A stretch of DNA of 63,381 nucleotides, filler included, from Octopus bimaculoides (lineage: Eukaryota), in assembly GCF_001194135.2 (NCBI RefSeq). It is 5 parts of 5 records of this genome, joined end to end, with 100 filler letters (N's around TTAATTAATTAA, not from the genome) between each part and the next. Parts side by side here need not be neighbours in the genome. Positions count along the whole stretch, not along the records: positions 1 to 22,802 come from NC_068987.1; 4 more parts are not named here. One strand, given 5' to 3'. Both the position numbers and the translations under genes were made by a program. Position 1 is the stretch's first letter. Every line of letters starts with the position of its first letter. This document shows positions 1-12,955 of this stretch, piece by piece. The notes beneath the pieces were generated by a model, which was not told the origin of the DNA, made no database searches, and was given only the letters and a program-made list of their open reading frames with translations.

Positions 1-862
1 TATATACATACATATATATATATATGTATGTATGTTACCGGTGGCATGTAAAAGCACCCACTACACTCTCGGAGTGATTGGCGTTAGGAAGGGTATCCAG
101 CTGTAGAAACTCTGCCAAATCAGATTGGAGCCTGATGCAGCCATCTGGTCCACCAGTCCTCAGTCAAATCGTCCAACCCATGCTAGCATGGAAAGCGGAC
201 ATTAAACAATGATGATGATGATGTATGTCTGTATGTATTCTTTTACTTTTTACGTGTCAGTTATTTCACTGTGGCCATGCTGGAGCACTGCCTTGAAGGG
301 CTTTAGTCAAACAAAGGGAGGTAAGTCAGGATGGTAAAAATTCTTTTTTGACACTAGTTTCCTCCAACCTGTTTGAGTGAGAGAGAGAGAGAGAGAGAGA
401 AAAGGAGTGTGTGTGTGTGTGTGAGTGAACAAGCAAGAATGAACAAAGAAAACAGCGCTGCCTCGAGCGTAGTCTATGCCAGTGCTGCCCAACTGAACCT
501 GTGCCGGTGGCACGTAAAATGCACCCACTACATCCTTGGAGTGGTTGGCATTAAGGAAGGGCGTCCAGCTGTAGAAACCTTGCCAAATCAGATTGGAGCC
601 TGGTGCAGCCTCTTGGCTTGCCAGTTCTCAGTCAAACTGTCCAACCCATGCCAACATGGAAAGCAGACATTAAACAATGATGATAATGATGATGATGATG
701 TTATTTTCCTCGTGAAATTAGGCAGGCCATTCAGAAAGCATTGTGGGCCACAGTTTGTCCATGACTGCTCTAACTTCTTGTTTGGTACACAGCCATCTCT
801 CATGGTTTCATTTCTCTCTCAGCTGTGAGTTCTTTGTCTTGCAACCTGCTTGGTGACCCTCT

Positions 863-1137
863 TGGTGCCACATGAAAAGCACTGAGACTGGTGCCATGTA
901 AAAAGCACTGGTGCTGGTGCCATGTAAAAAGTATTGGTGCCACATGGAAAGCACTGGGGCTGGTGCCACGTAAGAAGCACTGGGGCTGGTGTCACATGAA
1001 AAGCACTGAGGTTGGTGCCATGTAAAAAATCACTGGGACTGGTGCCACATGAAAAGCACTGGGGCTGGTGCCACATAAGAAGCACTGGAGCTGGTGCCGT
1101 ATAAAAAGCACTGGCGATGGTACCACATGAAAAGCAC
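863..1137 (+). repeat. About 26-bp minisatellite (CTGGTGCCACATGAAAAGCACTGGGG-like, about 11 units) leading into a family A tail
   Basis: Direct inspection of the tandem units. Confidence 0.85.
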
Positions 1138-1779
1138 CCTGTAAACTCTGTAAAGTGGTTAGCATTAGGAAGGGCATCCATCTGTAGAAACCATGTCAAA
1201 ACAAACAAACTGGAGCTTGGTGCAGTCCTCTGGCTTGCCAGCTCCTAGTCAAACCATCCAACCCATGCCATCAGGGAAAACCAGATATTAAATGATAATG
1301 ATGATGATGATGATGATGCAGCTATACATACATGCATGCACACATCATACATCTTCAAAAATGTAATATATTTCTAATTTTGAAAATTTGACTGTTGCAT
1401 TATTAAACAGAGCTTATCTTGCAGGTTCTAATAATGAAATATTGTTGATGTTGATGTTGCTGTTGTTGTTGTTTGTGCTCCTGCTGATTAATACCAGTTC
1501 TCTTTCCAACATAAGAGGTAACCAATCAATTATTTAGAAGCGACAATTAGTTCCCAATATTAAATATCGGCCAATTTTCAATATAATTCCATTTCCCTAG
1601 GCTTTCATACAATATTGCAACAAAGTGTTTAATTAATTCTACTTAATGATGTATATTTTAGCCTTCTTCTAATTTGGGGATTGGAATTCCCCCCAGAGAA
1701 CAGATGGATTCAACAATTGAAGGATTGAATTGGGATTTCAATTTAGTTGGGTCCTATTTAACTTCAGAGTAATCAGAAC

Positions 1780-2165
1780 CACGCATACACATGCATGCAC
1801 ACACACACATGCATGCGCATACATGTATGCACACACATGCACACAAATACATACAGACACACATACAGACACACATGCACACACACATGCACATGCATGC
1901 ACACACATGCATACATACATGTGCACATATGTACACACACATACACACACACACGTACACACACACATGCTTGCACATGTGTACATACATATATGTGCAC
2001 ATACGTATATATACACACACACATACATGCACACGCATACACACATGCATGTGTGCACACATACATACAGACATGTACACACACATACACACACATGCAC
2101 ACACACATATGTGCACATGCACACACACGCACACACACACATATACACACACATGCACACACACA
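1780..2165. repeat. CA-rich compound microsatellite (similar tracts at 6420-6815, 59260-59580 and 62795-63245)
   Basis: Low-complexity CA/TG/TA repeats; source of the HT/CV ORFs in the track. Confidence 0.95.
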
Positions 2166-2961
2166 ATTACCATCCGTTTGCTTCCCAACCACGTGGTCTT
2201 GGGTTCAGTCCCACTGTGTGGCACTTTGTTGGGCAAGTGTCTTCTACTATAGTCCTGGGCCAACGGAAGCCTTGTGAGTGGATTTGAGAGATGAAAACTA
2301 AATGAAGCCCATCATGTGTGTGTGTGTGTGTGAGTGTTTGCCTGTGTCCCCCCCAGTACCATTTGACAACTGGTGTTGGAGCGTTTACATCTCCATAACT
2401 TAGCAGTTCGGCAAAAGAGACAGAAAAAGGACTAGGCTTAAAACAAAAAAAGGAAGTTCTGGGATGAATCTGCTTGATTAAAATTCTTCAAGGTGGTGCC
2501 CCAGCATGGCCACAGTCTAATGANNNNNNNNNNNNNNNNNNNNNNNNNNNNNNNNNNNNNNNNNNNNNNNNNNNNNNNNNNNNNNNNNNNNNNNNNNNNN
2601 NNNNNNNNNNNNNNNNNNNNNNNAACCACCAAGACTCAATCATGTTTCCATAGCAACTGAGATATCCAAACAGCAATATTCCTGATACGTAGACCTAAAT
2701 CATATTTTAATAGACTTATACAACATCACAGTTTTTGTTTCTTTTTTGTTTTTTGCTGGACTGCAGCCATGTTGAAGCAGATGCTGCCTTTGAGAGTTCT
2801 GGTCAAAATATACTGAGTCCAGTACTTAGATAGACCAATCTCTGGTTACGGAATGCCTAAGTTTACCTTGAGTTATGCCCCTTTTAAAAGAATTTTGTAT
2901 TATCCCCTCCATCCTCCCATTCCTGGTGTGCTAATGAGAGTGCCAGCTCGCTGCCTTAAAT

Positions 2962-3365
2962 GAAATATTCTTTTCTACTCTAGGCACAAATCCCAAAATT
3001 TCTGGGGAGGGGGCCAGTCGATTAGATCAACCCCAGTATGCAACTAGCACTTAATTCATCGACCCTGAATGGATGAAAGGTAAAGTTGACCCAGGCGGAA
3101 TTTGAACTCAGAATGTAAAGACAGACGAAATACTGCTAAGCATTCCACCCGGCGTGCTAATGATTCTTATTTCTTTATTGCCCACAAGGGGCTAAACATA
3201 GAGGGGACAAACAAGGACAGATTACATCGACCCCAGTGCGTAACTGGTACTTAATTTATGAATCCCAAAAGGATGAAAGGCAAAGTCGACCTCGGCGGAA
3301 TTTGAACTCAGAATGTAAAGACAGACGAAATACTGCTAAGCATTCCACCCGGCGTGCTAATGATT
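2962..3365 (-). mobile_element. Dimeric SINE (family B), head lost in gap
   Basis: Reverse complement of the same dimer including the junction (cttatttctttattgcccacaagggg). Confidence 0.85.
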
Positions 3366-4426
3366 NNNNNNNNNNNNNNNNNNNNNNNNNNNNNNNNNNN
3401 NNNNNNNNNNNNNNNNNNNNNNNNNNNNNNNNNNNNNNNNNNNNNNNNNNNNNNNNNNNNNNNNNNNNNNNNNNNNNNNNNNNNNNNNNNNNNNNNNNNN
3501 NNNNNNNNNNNNNNNNNNNNNNNNNNNNNNNNNNNNNNNNNNNNNNNNNNNNNNNNNNNNNNNNNNNNNNNNNNNNNNNNNNNNNNNNNNNNNNNNNNNN
3601 NNNNNNNNNNNNNNNNNNNNNNNNNNNNNNNNNNNNNNNNNNNNNNNNNNNNNNNNNNNNNNNNNNNNNNNNNNNNNNNNNNNNNNNNNNNNNNNNNNNN
3701 NNNNNNNNNNNNNNNNNNNNNNNNNNNNNNNNNNNNNNNNNNNNNNNNNNNNNNNNNNNNNNNNNNNNNNNNNNNNNNNNNNNNNNNNNNNNNNNNNNNN
3801 NNNNNNNNNNNNNNNNNNNNNNNNNNNNNNNNNNNNNNNNNNNNNNNNNNNNNNNNNNNNNNNNNNNNNNNNNNNNNNNNNNNNNNNNNNNNNNNNNNNN
3901 NNNNNNNNNNNNNNNNNNNNNNNNNNNNNNNNNNNNNNNNNNNNNNNNNNNNNNNNNNNNNNNNNNNNNNNNNNNNNNNNNNNNNNNNNNNNNNNNNNNN
4001 NNNNNNNNNNNNNNNNNNNNNNNNNNNNNNNNNNNNNNNNNNNNNNNNNNNNNNNNNNNNNNNNNNNNNNNNNGGTAGTGGTGGTGTGTTAGCGGTAGTG
4101 GTGGTGTTGGCAGTGGTGGTGGTGGTGGCAGCATCAGTGATGGTGGTATTAGTGGTGGTGGTGGTGGTGGTGGTGTGGTGGTGGTGTGGTGGTGGTGGTG
4201 GTGGTAGCAGAATATTTATGACAATAAACTACATAGAAGACAACAATGAAGAAAAACAAAAACAAAAGAAAAAAAATAGCAGGAAGTAATCAGAGAAGGA
4301 TTAACCATTTCTAATTAAGGAGAAATTGGTGCCTGTTTTATGTCTGAGTAGACTGAGGTCAGCAAAACAAGATGGAAGAAGTATTTATTAAAGTAAATGA
4401 ATTAATTCATTTTAGAAGATGCTTAC

Positions 4427-4611
4427 CTCTGTAATGCACCAAGTTTCCTTGGTAACGGCTCACTGATAATCAGGAAGATGTTATGTCCAGGTTTTATGTT
4501 GCCTGACTCCATGCTGTCGGTGTTGTCATTAATCTCTTCTTCATTAGTGCTTTCTTCGTTAGAAGCATGCAGTTGATTACCAAGCCAGGTCAAAAAAAGG
4601 TCGGGATAGAC
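4427..4611 (-). CDS. DCDC1: Internal coding exon (185 nt, phase 0-2) of the same DCDC1-like gene: VYPDLFLTWLGNQLHASNEESTNEEEINDNTDSMESGNIKPGHNIFLIISEPLPRKLGALQ(R)
   Basis: Acceptor attctgcag, donor GAG|gtaagc, stop-free in the phase required by the 12173 exon (intron 4612-12172). Ends LQ+AG, consistent with the recalled ...QRWAIK continuation. Confidence 0.7.
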
Positions 4612-5203
4612 CTGCAGAATGTTTACACAGAAGAAGTAACAAGGAAAGAAACTGGTGGAGTCATTAGCACATCATCATCATCACCATCATCATCAACATC
4701 ATTTAACATCATTGTCATTTAACATCATCATCCGCATCACCATCATCATCAACATCATCATTTAACATCATCATCATCACCATCATCATTGTCCTTGTCA
4801 TCATCATCATCATCATCATTGCTATCATTTTGGATTTGCCATTTATCGGCCTTTTGCTTGTTGGCCACCAATATTATTGTTGTTATTCATTTTACAAATG
4901 GTAATAATTGATAATAATATCTAGATAAATATTTTCGAATATTTATTCATTTAGCTTAAGTTATGGGGACATAACCACACCAACATTGGTTGTCAAGTGA
5001 TGGTGGAGGGACAAACACAGACATACACATACAAACATTATTGTTCGTTTAACGTCTGCTTTCCATGCTGGCATGGGTTGGACGATTTGACTGAGGACTG
5101 GCAAACCAGATGGCTGCACCAGGCTCCAATCTGATCTGGCAGAGTTTCTACAGCCGGATGCCCTTCCTAATGCTAACCACTCCGAGAGTGTAGCGGGTGC
5201 ATT

Positions 5204-5249
<46 letters not shown>

Positions 5250-5760
5250 NNNNNNNNNNNNNNNNNNNNNNNNNNNNNNNNNNNNNNNNNNNNNNNNNNN
5301 NNNNNNNNNNNNNNNNNNNNNNNNNNNNNNNNNNNNNNNNNNNNNNNNNNNNNNNNNNNNNNNNNNNNNNNNNNNNNNNNNNNNNNNNNNNNNNNNNNNN
5401 NNNNNNNNNNNNNNNNNNNNNNNNNNNNNNNNNNNNNNNNNNNNNNNNNNNNNNNNNNNNNNNNNNNNNNNNNNNNNNNNNNNNNNNNNNNNNNNNNNNN
5501 NNNNNNNNNNNNNNNNNNNNNNNNNNNNNNNNNNNNNNNNNNNNNNNNNNNNNNNNNNNNNNNNNNNNNNNNNNNNNNNNNNNNNNNNNNNNNNNNNNNN
5601 NNNNNNNNNNNNNNNNNNNNNNNNNNNNNNNNNNNNNNNNNNNNNNNNNNNNNNNNNNNNNNNNNNNNNNNNNNNNNNNNNNNNNNNNNNNNNNNNNNNN
5701 NNNNNNNNNNNNNNNNNNNNNNNNNNNNNNNNNNNNNNNNNNNNNNNNNNNNNNNNNNNN

Positions 5761-6030
5761 CCCTTAACGTAGTTCTCGGGGATATTCAGCGTGACACACT
5801 GTGACAAGGCTGGCCCCTTTGAAATACAGGCACAACAGAAACAGGAAGTAAGAGTGAGAGAAAGTTGTGGTGAAAGAGTACAGCAGGGTTCGCCACCACC
5901 ATCCCCTGCCGTTGCCTCGTGGAGCTTTAGGTGTTTTCGCTCAATAAACACTCACAACGCCCGGTCTGGGAATCGAAACCGCGATCCTATGACCGCGAGT
6001 CTGCTGCCCTAACCACTAGGCCATTGCGCC
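5761..6030 (-). mobile_element. tRNA-derived SINE (family E)
   Basis: Head GGCGCAATGGCCTAGTGGTTAGGG...GGTTTCGATTCCCAG; body shared with 28576-28885. Confidence 0.85.
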
Positions 6031-6543
6031 GCCACGCCACTACACACCATCACATACTTAATACACAAAACAGTAGTAGTAACAGTAGTGGTGGTGATGG
6101 TGGTGGTGGTGGAGTACTGGTAGTAGTAGTAGTATTAGCAGCGGCAGCAGCAAACATGACAAACCGGTTCCATAGCAATAAATTGAGATTATATTGCACT
6201 GCTTTTTGCATTATTTCATTCATTTCTTTGACTTAAAGAATTCTTTAAAGTTATTTACTCATTGGGAAGGAAGATCTTTTATTTCAAAAGACCATGACAT
6301 TACAATATCATGTCTGCAGAATATTGCTTGGCTTTGGAATATATTATTTGAAATGATGGAATCTGTAAAACAAGCTTTATGCATGTACATCTAGAACTCC
6401 CAACAAAGAGTAATGCCACATGTGTGCGTGTGTGTACATAAGTATATATTTATGTATGTATATGTGTGTGTGTGTACATAAGTGTGTATATATATATATA
6501 TGTATATATATATTTGTGTGTGTGTATGTGTGTGTGTACATAA

Positions 6544-6621
<78 letters not shown>

Positions 6622-7754
6622 GCGTGTATGTGTGTGTACATGATATATATATGTATATATGTGTGTGTGCATAAGTATATATATGTATGTATATGTGTGC
6701 GTGTACATAAGTATATATATTTATGTATGTATGTATGTATATGAGTGTGTGTGTGCGTGTATATACACATATGTATGTATGTATGTATGCATGTATGTGT
6801 GTGTGTGTGTGTGTGAAGGCACATGGGTAAGTGGTTCAGGTATTCAACTCATGATTGTAAAGTCATGAGTTCAATACCTGCTAGTGCATTGTGTCCTTCA
6901 GCAGGATATTTCATTTTGAAACTGTATAGAAGTTTGTGTGTATATATATATCTTTTATCTTTCACTTGTTTAAATCATTAGACTGCAGCCATGCTGGAGC
7001 ACAAATCAATCCCAGTATTTTTTTTAAGGGCTGGCTAAGTTCAGCCTCTGGGAGGCAATGACCGAGACCCTTGGCATTATGTTGTGCTTGAGAAGGTGAC
7101 CTATCATACCGAGCAGATCTGCAGTCATGGCAGGTACTGGTGTCACACAAATGGCACCTGTGCCAGTGTTATGAGAAAGCACCCACTACACTCTCAGAGT
7201 GGTTGGCATTAGGAAGGGCATCCAGCCATAGAAAACCTGCCTAACAGACTGGAGTCTGGTGCAGCCTTCCAACTTGCCAGCCCTGGTCAAACTGTCCAAC
7301 CCATGCCAGCATGGAAGACGGACGTTAAATGATGATGATGATGATGGTAGTACTTATTCTATCAGCCACCTTTGTCAAACTGCTAAGTTACAGGACCATA
7401 AACAAACCAACACTGGTTGTCAAGCAGTGGTGGAGGACAAACACAACGTCACACACATAGATATACAACAGGCTTCTTTCAGTTTCCATCTATCAAATCC
7501 ATTCATAAGGCTTTGGTCAGCCTGAGGCTATAGTAGAAGATCCTAGGCCAAGGTGACAAATGGTGGGACTGAACCCACAACCATGTGGCTGGGAAGCAAA
7601 CATCTTACCACAGAACCACACCTGCACCTATATGTGTGTGTGTGTGGGGGGTCATTTGTAAACCACCACTGCTTGAGAACTGGGGTTGGTTTGTTTACAT
7701 CCCCATAACTTGGCAGTTCAGCAAAAGACACTGATAGAATAACTACCTGACTTG

Positions 7755-7790
<36 letters not shown>

Positions 7791-8401
7791 AAAATCTCGG
7801 GGTTGATTTCTTTGGTTAAATCCTACCCTTCAAGGAAATGCACCAGCATGGCCACAGTCCAATGAGTAAAACGAGTGAAAGATGAAGGACAAAGTGACAC
7901 TATAGAAAAATCTTTCAAAAGAAACAATCAAGGAATGAAGAAATAACCAAACTTTTCTATCATCAAGACAGAAATTCCATATCACATAAAAAAACGGTAA
8001 AGTTGGTGCTGCAAGAATTCAATACATTGTCAATGAATAACAAAATCACAAAACACTGAATTATTTATGAGGTTTTGTTCATAATTTGTCTCTTTTTAAG
8101 ACTGTTGTTCTCTTTCTCCAATTTAAAGCAGTATTAACGTTATACAACATTTATTTGTGTATGTGTGTGTGTGTGTGTAAGTCTTTTATTTTAAAATTAA
8201 CTTTGTTTTGATTTTTCACATATACATTGAATGAATTTGATATTAAATAATACTTTTTTTTTTCGTTTCTGTTTTTGAATTCTTTTCCATTTATTAATGA
8301 AATGTGACATATTTACTGCTGCGTAAGAAAAAAAACCCCACACTTTCAAAGTGACTCTCTTTGGATTTATTCTGTACATAAAAGGAGAGAGAGCAGAGGG
8401 G

Positions 8402-8443
<42 letters not shown>

Positions 8444-9049
8444 NNNNNNNNNNNNNNNNNNNNNNNNNNNNNNNNNNNNNNNNNNNNNNNNNNNNNNNNN
8501 NNNNNNNNNNNNNNNNNNNNNNNNNNNNNNNNNNNNNNNNNNNNNNNNNNNNNNNNNNNNNNNNNNNNNNNNNNNNNNNNNNNNNNNNNNNNNNNNNNNN
8601 NNNNNNNNNNNNNNNNNNNNNNNNNNNNNNNNNNNNNNNNNNNNNNNNNNNNNNNNNNNNNNNNNNNNNNNNNNNNNNNNNNNNNNNNNNNNNNNNNNNN
8701 NNNNNNNNNNNNNNNNNNNNNNNNNNNNNNNNNNNNNNNNNNNNNNNNNNNNNNNNNNNNNNNNNNNNNNNNNNNNNNNNNNNNNNNNNNNNNNNNNNNN
8801 NNNNNNNNNNNNNNNNNNNNNNNNNNNNNNNNNNNNNNNNNNNNNNNNNNNNNNNNNNNNNNNNNNNNNNNNNNNNNNNNNNNNNNNNNNNNNNNNNNNN
8901 NNNNNNNNNNNNNNNNNNNNNNNNNNNNNNNNNNNNNNNNNNNNNNNNNNNNNNNNNNNNNNNNNNNNNNNNNNNNNNNNNNNNNNNNNNNNNNNNNNNN
9001 NNNNNNNNNNNNNNNNNNNNNNNNNNNNNNNNNNNNNNNNNNNNNNNNN

Positions 9050-9088
<39 letters not shown>

Positions 9089-10535
9089 AATTTACTGATG
9101 ATGAAATTGGTCTGACAATGAATTTACCTGGAATTTATTGGTTTGTGTATAATTATCTTACAATAAAATTATCCAGTGATGAAATTATTGTCTATGTATT
9201 TACTACAATGTAATTGCTATATTTTTGCTGGTGTATAATGTGTGTTCTTTTTATCTTTAAATCTATCAAAAAATTGCTCTGCATCTCATGTGACCATATT
9301 ACAATGGGTGACTGAGCACCATAGACTAAGGAGCAGATGAGCATAAGTCTGCTAGACACAATAATTGTTACTAATTATAAAATATTGGAAATGAGCCAAA
9401 ATATCACAGACTATAAGCACAAAATTACAAAAGATTCCTCACAGTACATTTATGTACAACCTGTTAAACATTGGACTCCTGTGAAGGTGGAACATAAAAA
9501 ACACCATTTGAGCGTGGCCGTTGCCAGTACTGCCGGACTGGCCCTCATGCCGGTGGCACGTAAAAAGCACCCACTACACTTTCAGGGTGGTTGGTGTTAG
9601 GAAGGGCATCCAGCTGTAGAAACTCTGCCAGATCAGATTGGAGCCTGGTGTAGCCATCTGGTTCGCCAGTCCCCAGTCAAATCGTCCAACCCATGCTAGC
9701 ATGGAAAGTAGACGTTAAACAATGATGATGATGATGATGAATTATGAAAGGAATGTTAAATNNNNNNNNNNNNNNNNNNNNNNNNNNNNNNNNNNNNNNN
9801 NNNNNNNNNNNNNNNNNNNNNNNNNNNNNNNNNNNNNNNNNNNNNNNNNNNNNNNNNNNNNNNNNNNNNNNNNNNNNNNNNNNNNNNNNNNNNNNNNNNN
9901 NNNNNNNNNNNNNNNNNNNNNNNNNNNNNNNNNNNNNNNNNNNNNNNNNNNNNNNNNNNNNNNNNNNNNNNNNNNNNNNNNNNNNNNNNNNNNNNNNNNN
10001 NNNNNNNNNNNNNNNNNNNNNNNNNNNNNAAAAAGCACCCACTACACTCTCGGAGTGGTTGGTGTTAGGAAGGGCATCCAGCTGTAGAAACTCTGCCAGA
10101 TCAGATTGGAGCCTGGTGTAGCCATCTGGTTCGCCAGTCCCCAGTCAAATCGTCCAACCCATGCTAGCATGGAAAGCAGACGTTAAACAATGATGATGAT
10201 GATGATGAATTATGAAAGGAATGTTAAATTTTCATCTGCCTATGAATTATTTGCAACAAGTGGATGACAACAAAGCTACAGCAACAGGGTACCATTCTGG
10301 CAGCCAATTGTGGTAACACAAACTATCAGAACCAAAAATACGAGTGTTATATCCAGTTTGGTAATTCTCTTGACTTTGAATAGAAATAACCATACAACTG
10401 ATCTGAAAGGCAATAAAGCTGAAATACGATACACGTATAGCTTAAAATTTATATTCTAATCCTGTATCTTGTCATGGTGTTGTATTTACAAGCAGAGAAT
10501 CAAGCATTTTCCCATACAAAAACCACTTCAAAATA

Positions 10536-11722
10536 TTGGGTTGAGTCACAAATAATTTCTGTTTCTTTTTGGAAGTAAATTGTAACAACGCATTTCGAAT
10601 TTCGGATGTTTAAAATTGTTATGGAAATTACTGTTTTGAAAAAACATCATCTGTCGTTCATATTTAAGCAATGAAAGCGTGCACATCATAGTTTAATATT
10701 AAATTATACTCCCTTAAGATGGATGAACTGAAAGTTCATATTCAACATGTGATGTGGGAGTTTAAGAATGGAAAAAAACAGCTAAGAAAATGTATAATGT
10801 TTATGGCCAAGGTGTCATTACTGACTGACGAGTGCGAAACTGGTTTTGAAAGTTTCGTTCCAGAGATTTATCATTGAGAGATCAACTCAGATCAGGACGC
10901 TCGTCAGACTTTGATTAAATTGCTTTAAGAGAATTAGTGGACTTCAGTCCTTGTAAAAGTATTCAGGAATTAGCAATTGACCTCAACACATCCCAATCCA
11001 CCATCTGCCACCACTTGGAAAAGATAGGAAAAGTCAGAAAACTAGGTATCTGGGTTGTCCCATATTCTTAGAGAGAAGAATAGGGAAGATTGCATATCCA
11101 TAGGGACAAGTCTTCTTTCAAGGAAGAGAAATGAGCTGTTTCTCAATAATATCATTACAGATAATGAAAAATGGTCTTTTATGACAATGTTTAATGTAAA
11201 AGGCAGTGGATAGACAAGGATAAATCTTCACAGCTTCTCTCAGAGGCTGAGCTCCATAGAAAGAAGGTTATGTTGTGTGTATGGTGGGATTACCATTGTA
11301 TTATTCATTCGAGTTTTTACACTGCAATCAAACACTAAATACTGACTTATACTCTCAACAGTTGCATCATGTGCATGAAAATCTTTTAAGGAAATGCCCT
11401 GCATTCATCAACAGGAGAAAACGTGCTTCTCCATGGTAATGCAAGACCACATTCAGAAAGAATCATGCAAGATAAAATATTGGATTTGCACTGGTCTGTT
11501 CAAACCCATACACCACAATCACCAGACCTTCCACCTACAGATTTCCATCTTTTTTGCTCTCTATAAAATGCTCTGATGGGGAAAAAAAAATTTTCTCTGG
11601 AAGATCAGGTGAAAACATATGTGGGAAGCTTCTTCATGTAGAAGCCAGATGAATTTTACTCAAGAGGAATCAAAAAGCTACATGATAAATGGCAAGAGGT
11701 CATTCAAAATAATGGCAACTGA
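10536..11722 (+). mobile_element. Degenerate mariner (DD34D) DNA transposon; left TIR retained, right TIR lost
   Basis: TA followed by TTGGGTTGAGTCACAAATAATTTC (mariner-like TIR). Broken transposase 10719-11722 with WVVH (WVPHEL), ITDNEKW (TGDEKW), HGNARPH (HDNARPH), PQSPDLPPTDFHLF (YSPDLAPSDFHLF) and KWQEVIQNNGN. Frameshifts, stops and mutated catalytic Asp residues. Confidence 0.9.
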
Positions 11723-11734
11723 AGATAATTCAAT

Positions 11735-12135
11735 ACTCTTTTACTCTTTTACTTGGTCCAGTCATTTGACTGTGGCCATGCTGGAGCACCGCCTTTAGTC
11801 GAGCAAATCGACCCCAGGACTTATTGTTTGGAAGCCTAGTACTTATTCTATCGGTCACTTTCGCCGAACCGCTAAGTTACAGGGACGTAAACACACCAGC
11901 ATCAGTTGTCAAGCAATGTTGGGGAGACAAACACAGACACACAAACGTATACACACACATATATGTATACATATATATGACGAGCTTCTTTCAGTTTCCG
12001 TCTACCAAATCCACTCGCAAAGCTTTGGTCGGCCTGAGGCTATAGTAGAAGACACTTGCCCAAGGTGCCACACAGTGGGACTGAACCCAGAACCATGTGG
12101 TTTCTAAGGAAGCTTCTTACCACACAGCCATGCTG
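11735..12135 (-). mobile_element. Family D SINE (two modules separated by a CA/TA microsatellite); representative copy
   Basis: ccatgctggagcaccgcc...cttattctatcggt...ttcagtttccgtctaccaaatcc...cccaaggtgccac. Copies or fragments also at about 2170-2523, 7345-7630, 18430-18830, 27668-27810, 36580-36915, 38330-38640, 39610-39770, 40330-40520 and 57935-58100. Confidence 0.85.
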
Positions 12136-12172
12136 GCACCTGAATGGGTAAACAAATAGAAGAAATATTCAC

Positions 12173-12364
12173 CTTTGCAGATATTGTTCCATTTGGGTTG
12201 AATATCCAAATCTGGTTGGGGTTATAGCTGTCTTTCTTCTGTAATCCAACAACACAACCAGAAACCTGGAATTCTTGGTCAGGCATTTTTTGATCTTTTA
12301 TCCAGAAATCTGTGTAAACGGCTAAACAAAGTTGTGGCATGGCTTTGCAGTAAATGGTACCATT
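12173..12364 (-). CDS. DCDC1: Internal coding exon (192 nt, phase 0-0), ricin-B/beta-trefoil repeat of a DCDC1-like protein: [64 protein letters not shown]
   Basis: Acceptor ctcttattcttccacag, donor AAG|gtgaat, open frame with a QxW motif (NQIWIF). Joins in frame to 4427-4611 to give GTISAK|VYPDLFLTWL, resembling human DCDC1 as I recall it (...GCIYSKAYPQFVLTYL). Orthology is recalled, not searched. Confidence 0.75.
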
Positions 12365-12454
12365 CTGTGGAAGAATAAGAGGGATGAGAGAATGTTAGAA
12401 TGAAAGAATGATGAGATTGAGGCAGCAAAAAAATGATCTTGAGAGGAGAGGGAG

Positions 12455-12955
12455 GGAGTGAGTGTGAGTGGAGTGGAAGGAGTGAGTGAGAGTGGAGTGG
12501 ATGGAGTGAGTGTGAGTGTGGAAGGAGTGAGTGTGAGTGGAAGGAGTGAGTGCGAGTGGAAGGAGTGAGTGCAAGTAGAAGGAGTGAGTGTAAGTGGAGT
12601 GGAAGGAGTAAGTGTGAGTGGAAGGAGTGTCAGTGGAAAGAGTGAGTGTGAGTGGAGTGCAACAAGTGTAAGTGGAATAGAATGATTGAGTGTGAGCGGA
12701 GTGAAACGAGTAGGTGTGAGTGGAGTGGAACAAGTAAGTGTGAGTGGAATAGAATGAGTGAGTATGAGTGGAGTGGAATGTGTGAGTGGAGAGGAACAAG
12801 TGAGTGTGAGTGGAATGGAATGAGTGAGTGTAATTGGAGTGGAACAAGTGTGAGTAGAGTGGAATGAATCAATGACTGTGAGTGGAGTGAGTGACAGTGT
12901 GTGAGTGGAATGAATAAGTGAGTGACTGACTGATTGTGTGTGAGTGGAGTGAAAG
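12455..12955. repeat. Purine-rich GAGTGTGAGTGGAA-type minisatellite
   Basis: Degenerate tandem units over about 500 nt, beginning about 90 nt from the 12364 acceptor. Confidence 0.85.

Noticed and set aside
690-810. Possible next DCDC1-like exon (RWLCTKQE...)
   Set aside because: No pyrimidine tract, GAG acceptor, and an early stop.
863-1137. Regularly spaced 26-bp repeats as a CRISPR array
   Set aside because: No unique spacers, eukaryotic context, and no cas genes.
1730-2287. Long HT/CV/YI/RE/poly-D ORFs here and throughout the ORF track
   Set aside because: They are translations of microsatellites or read through N gaps; no coding complexity.
2640-2695. Acceptor atttag followed by exon-like sequence on minus
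   Set aside because: In the phase required after 4427 it stops after 17 codons and lacks the expected Trp; truncated by a gap.
5950-6030. tRNA-like sequences (also 22545-22610, 22922-22990, 28810-28885, 39776-39845)
   Set aside because: Each continues into a repeated SINE body and lacks a complete acceptor stem; these are SINE heads, not tRNA genes.
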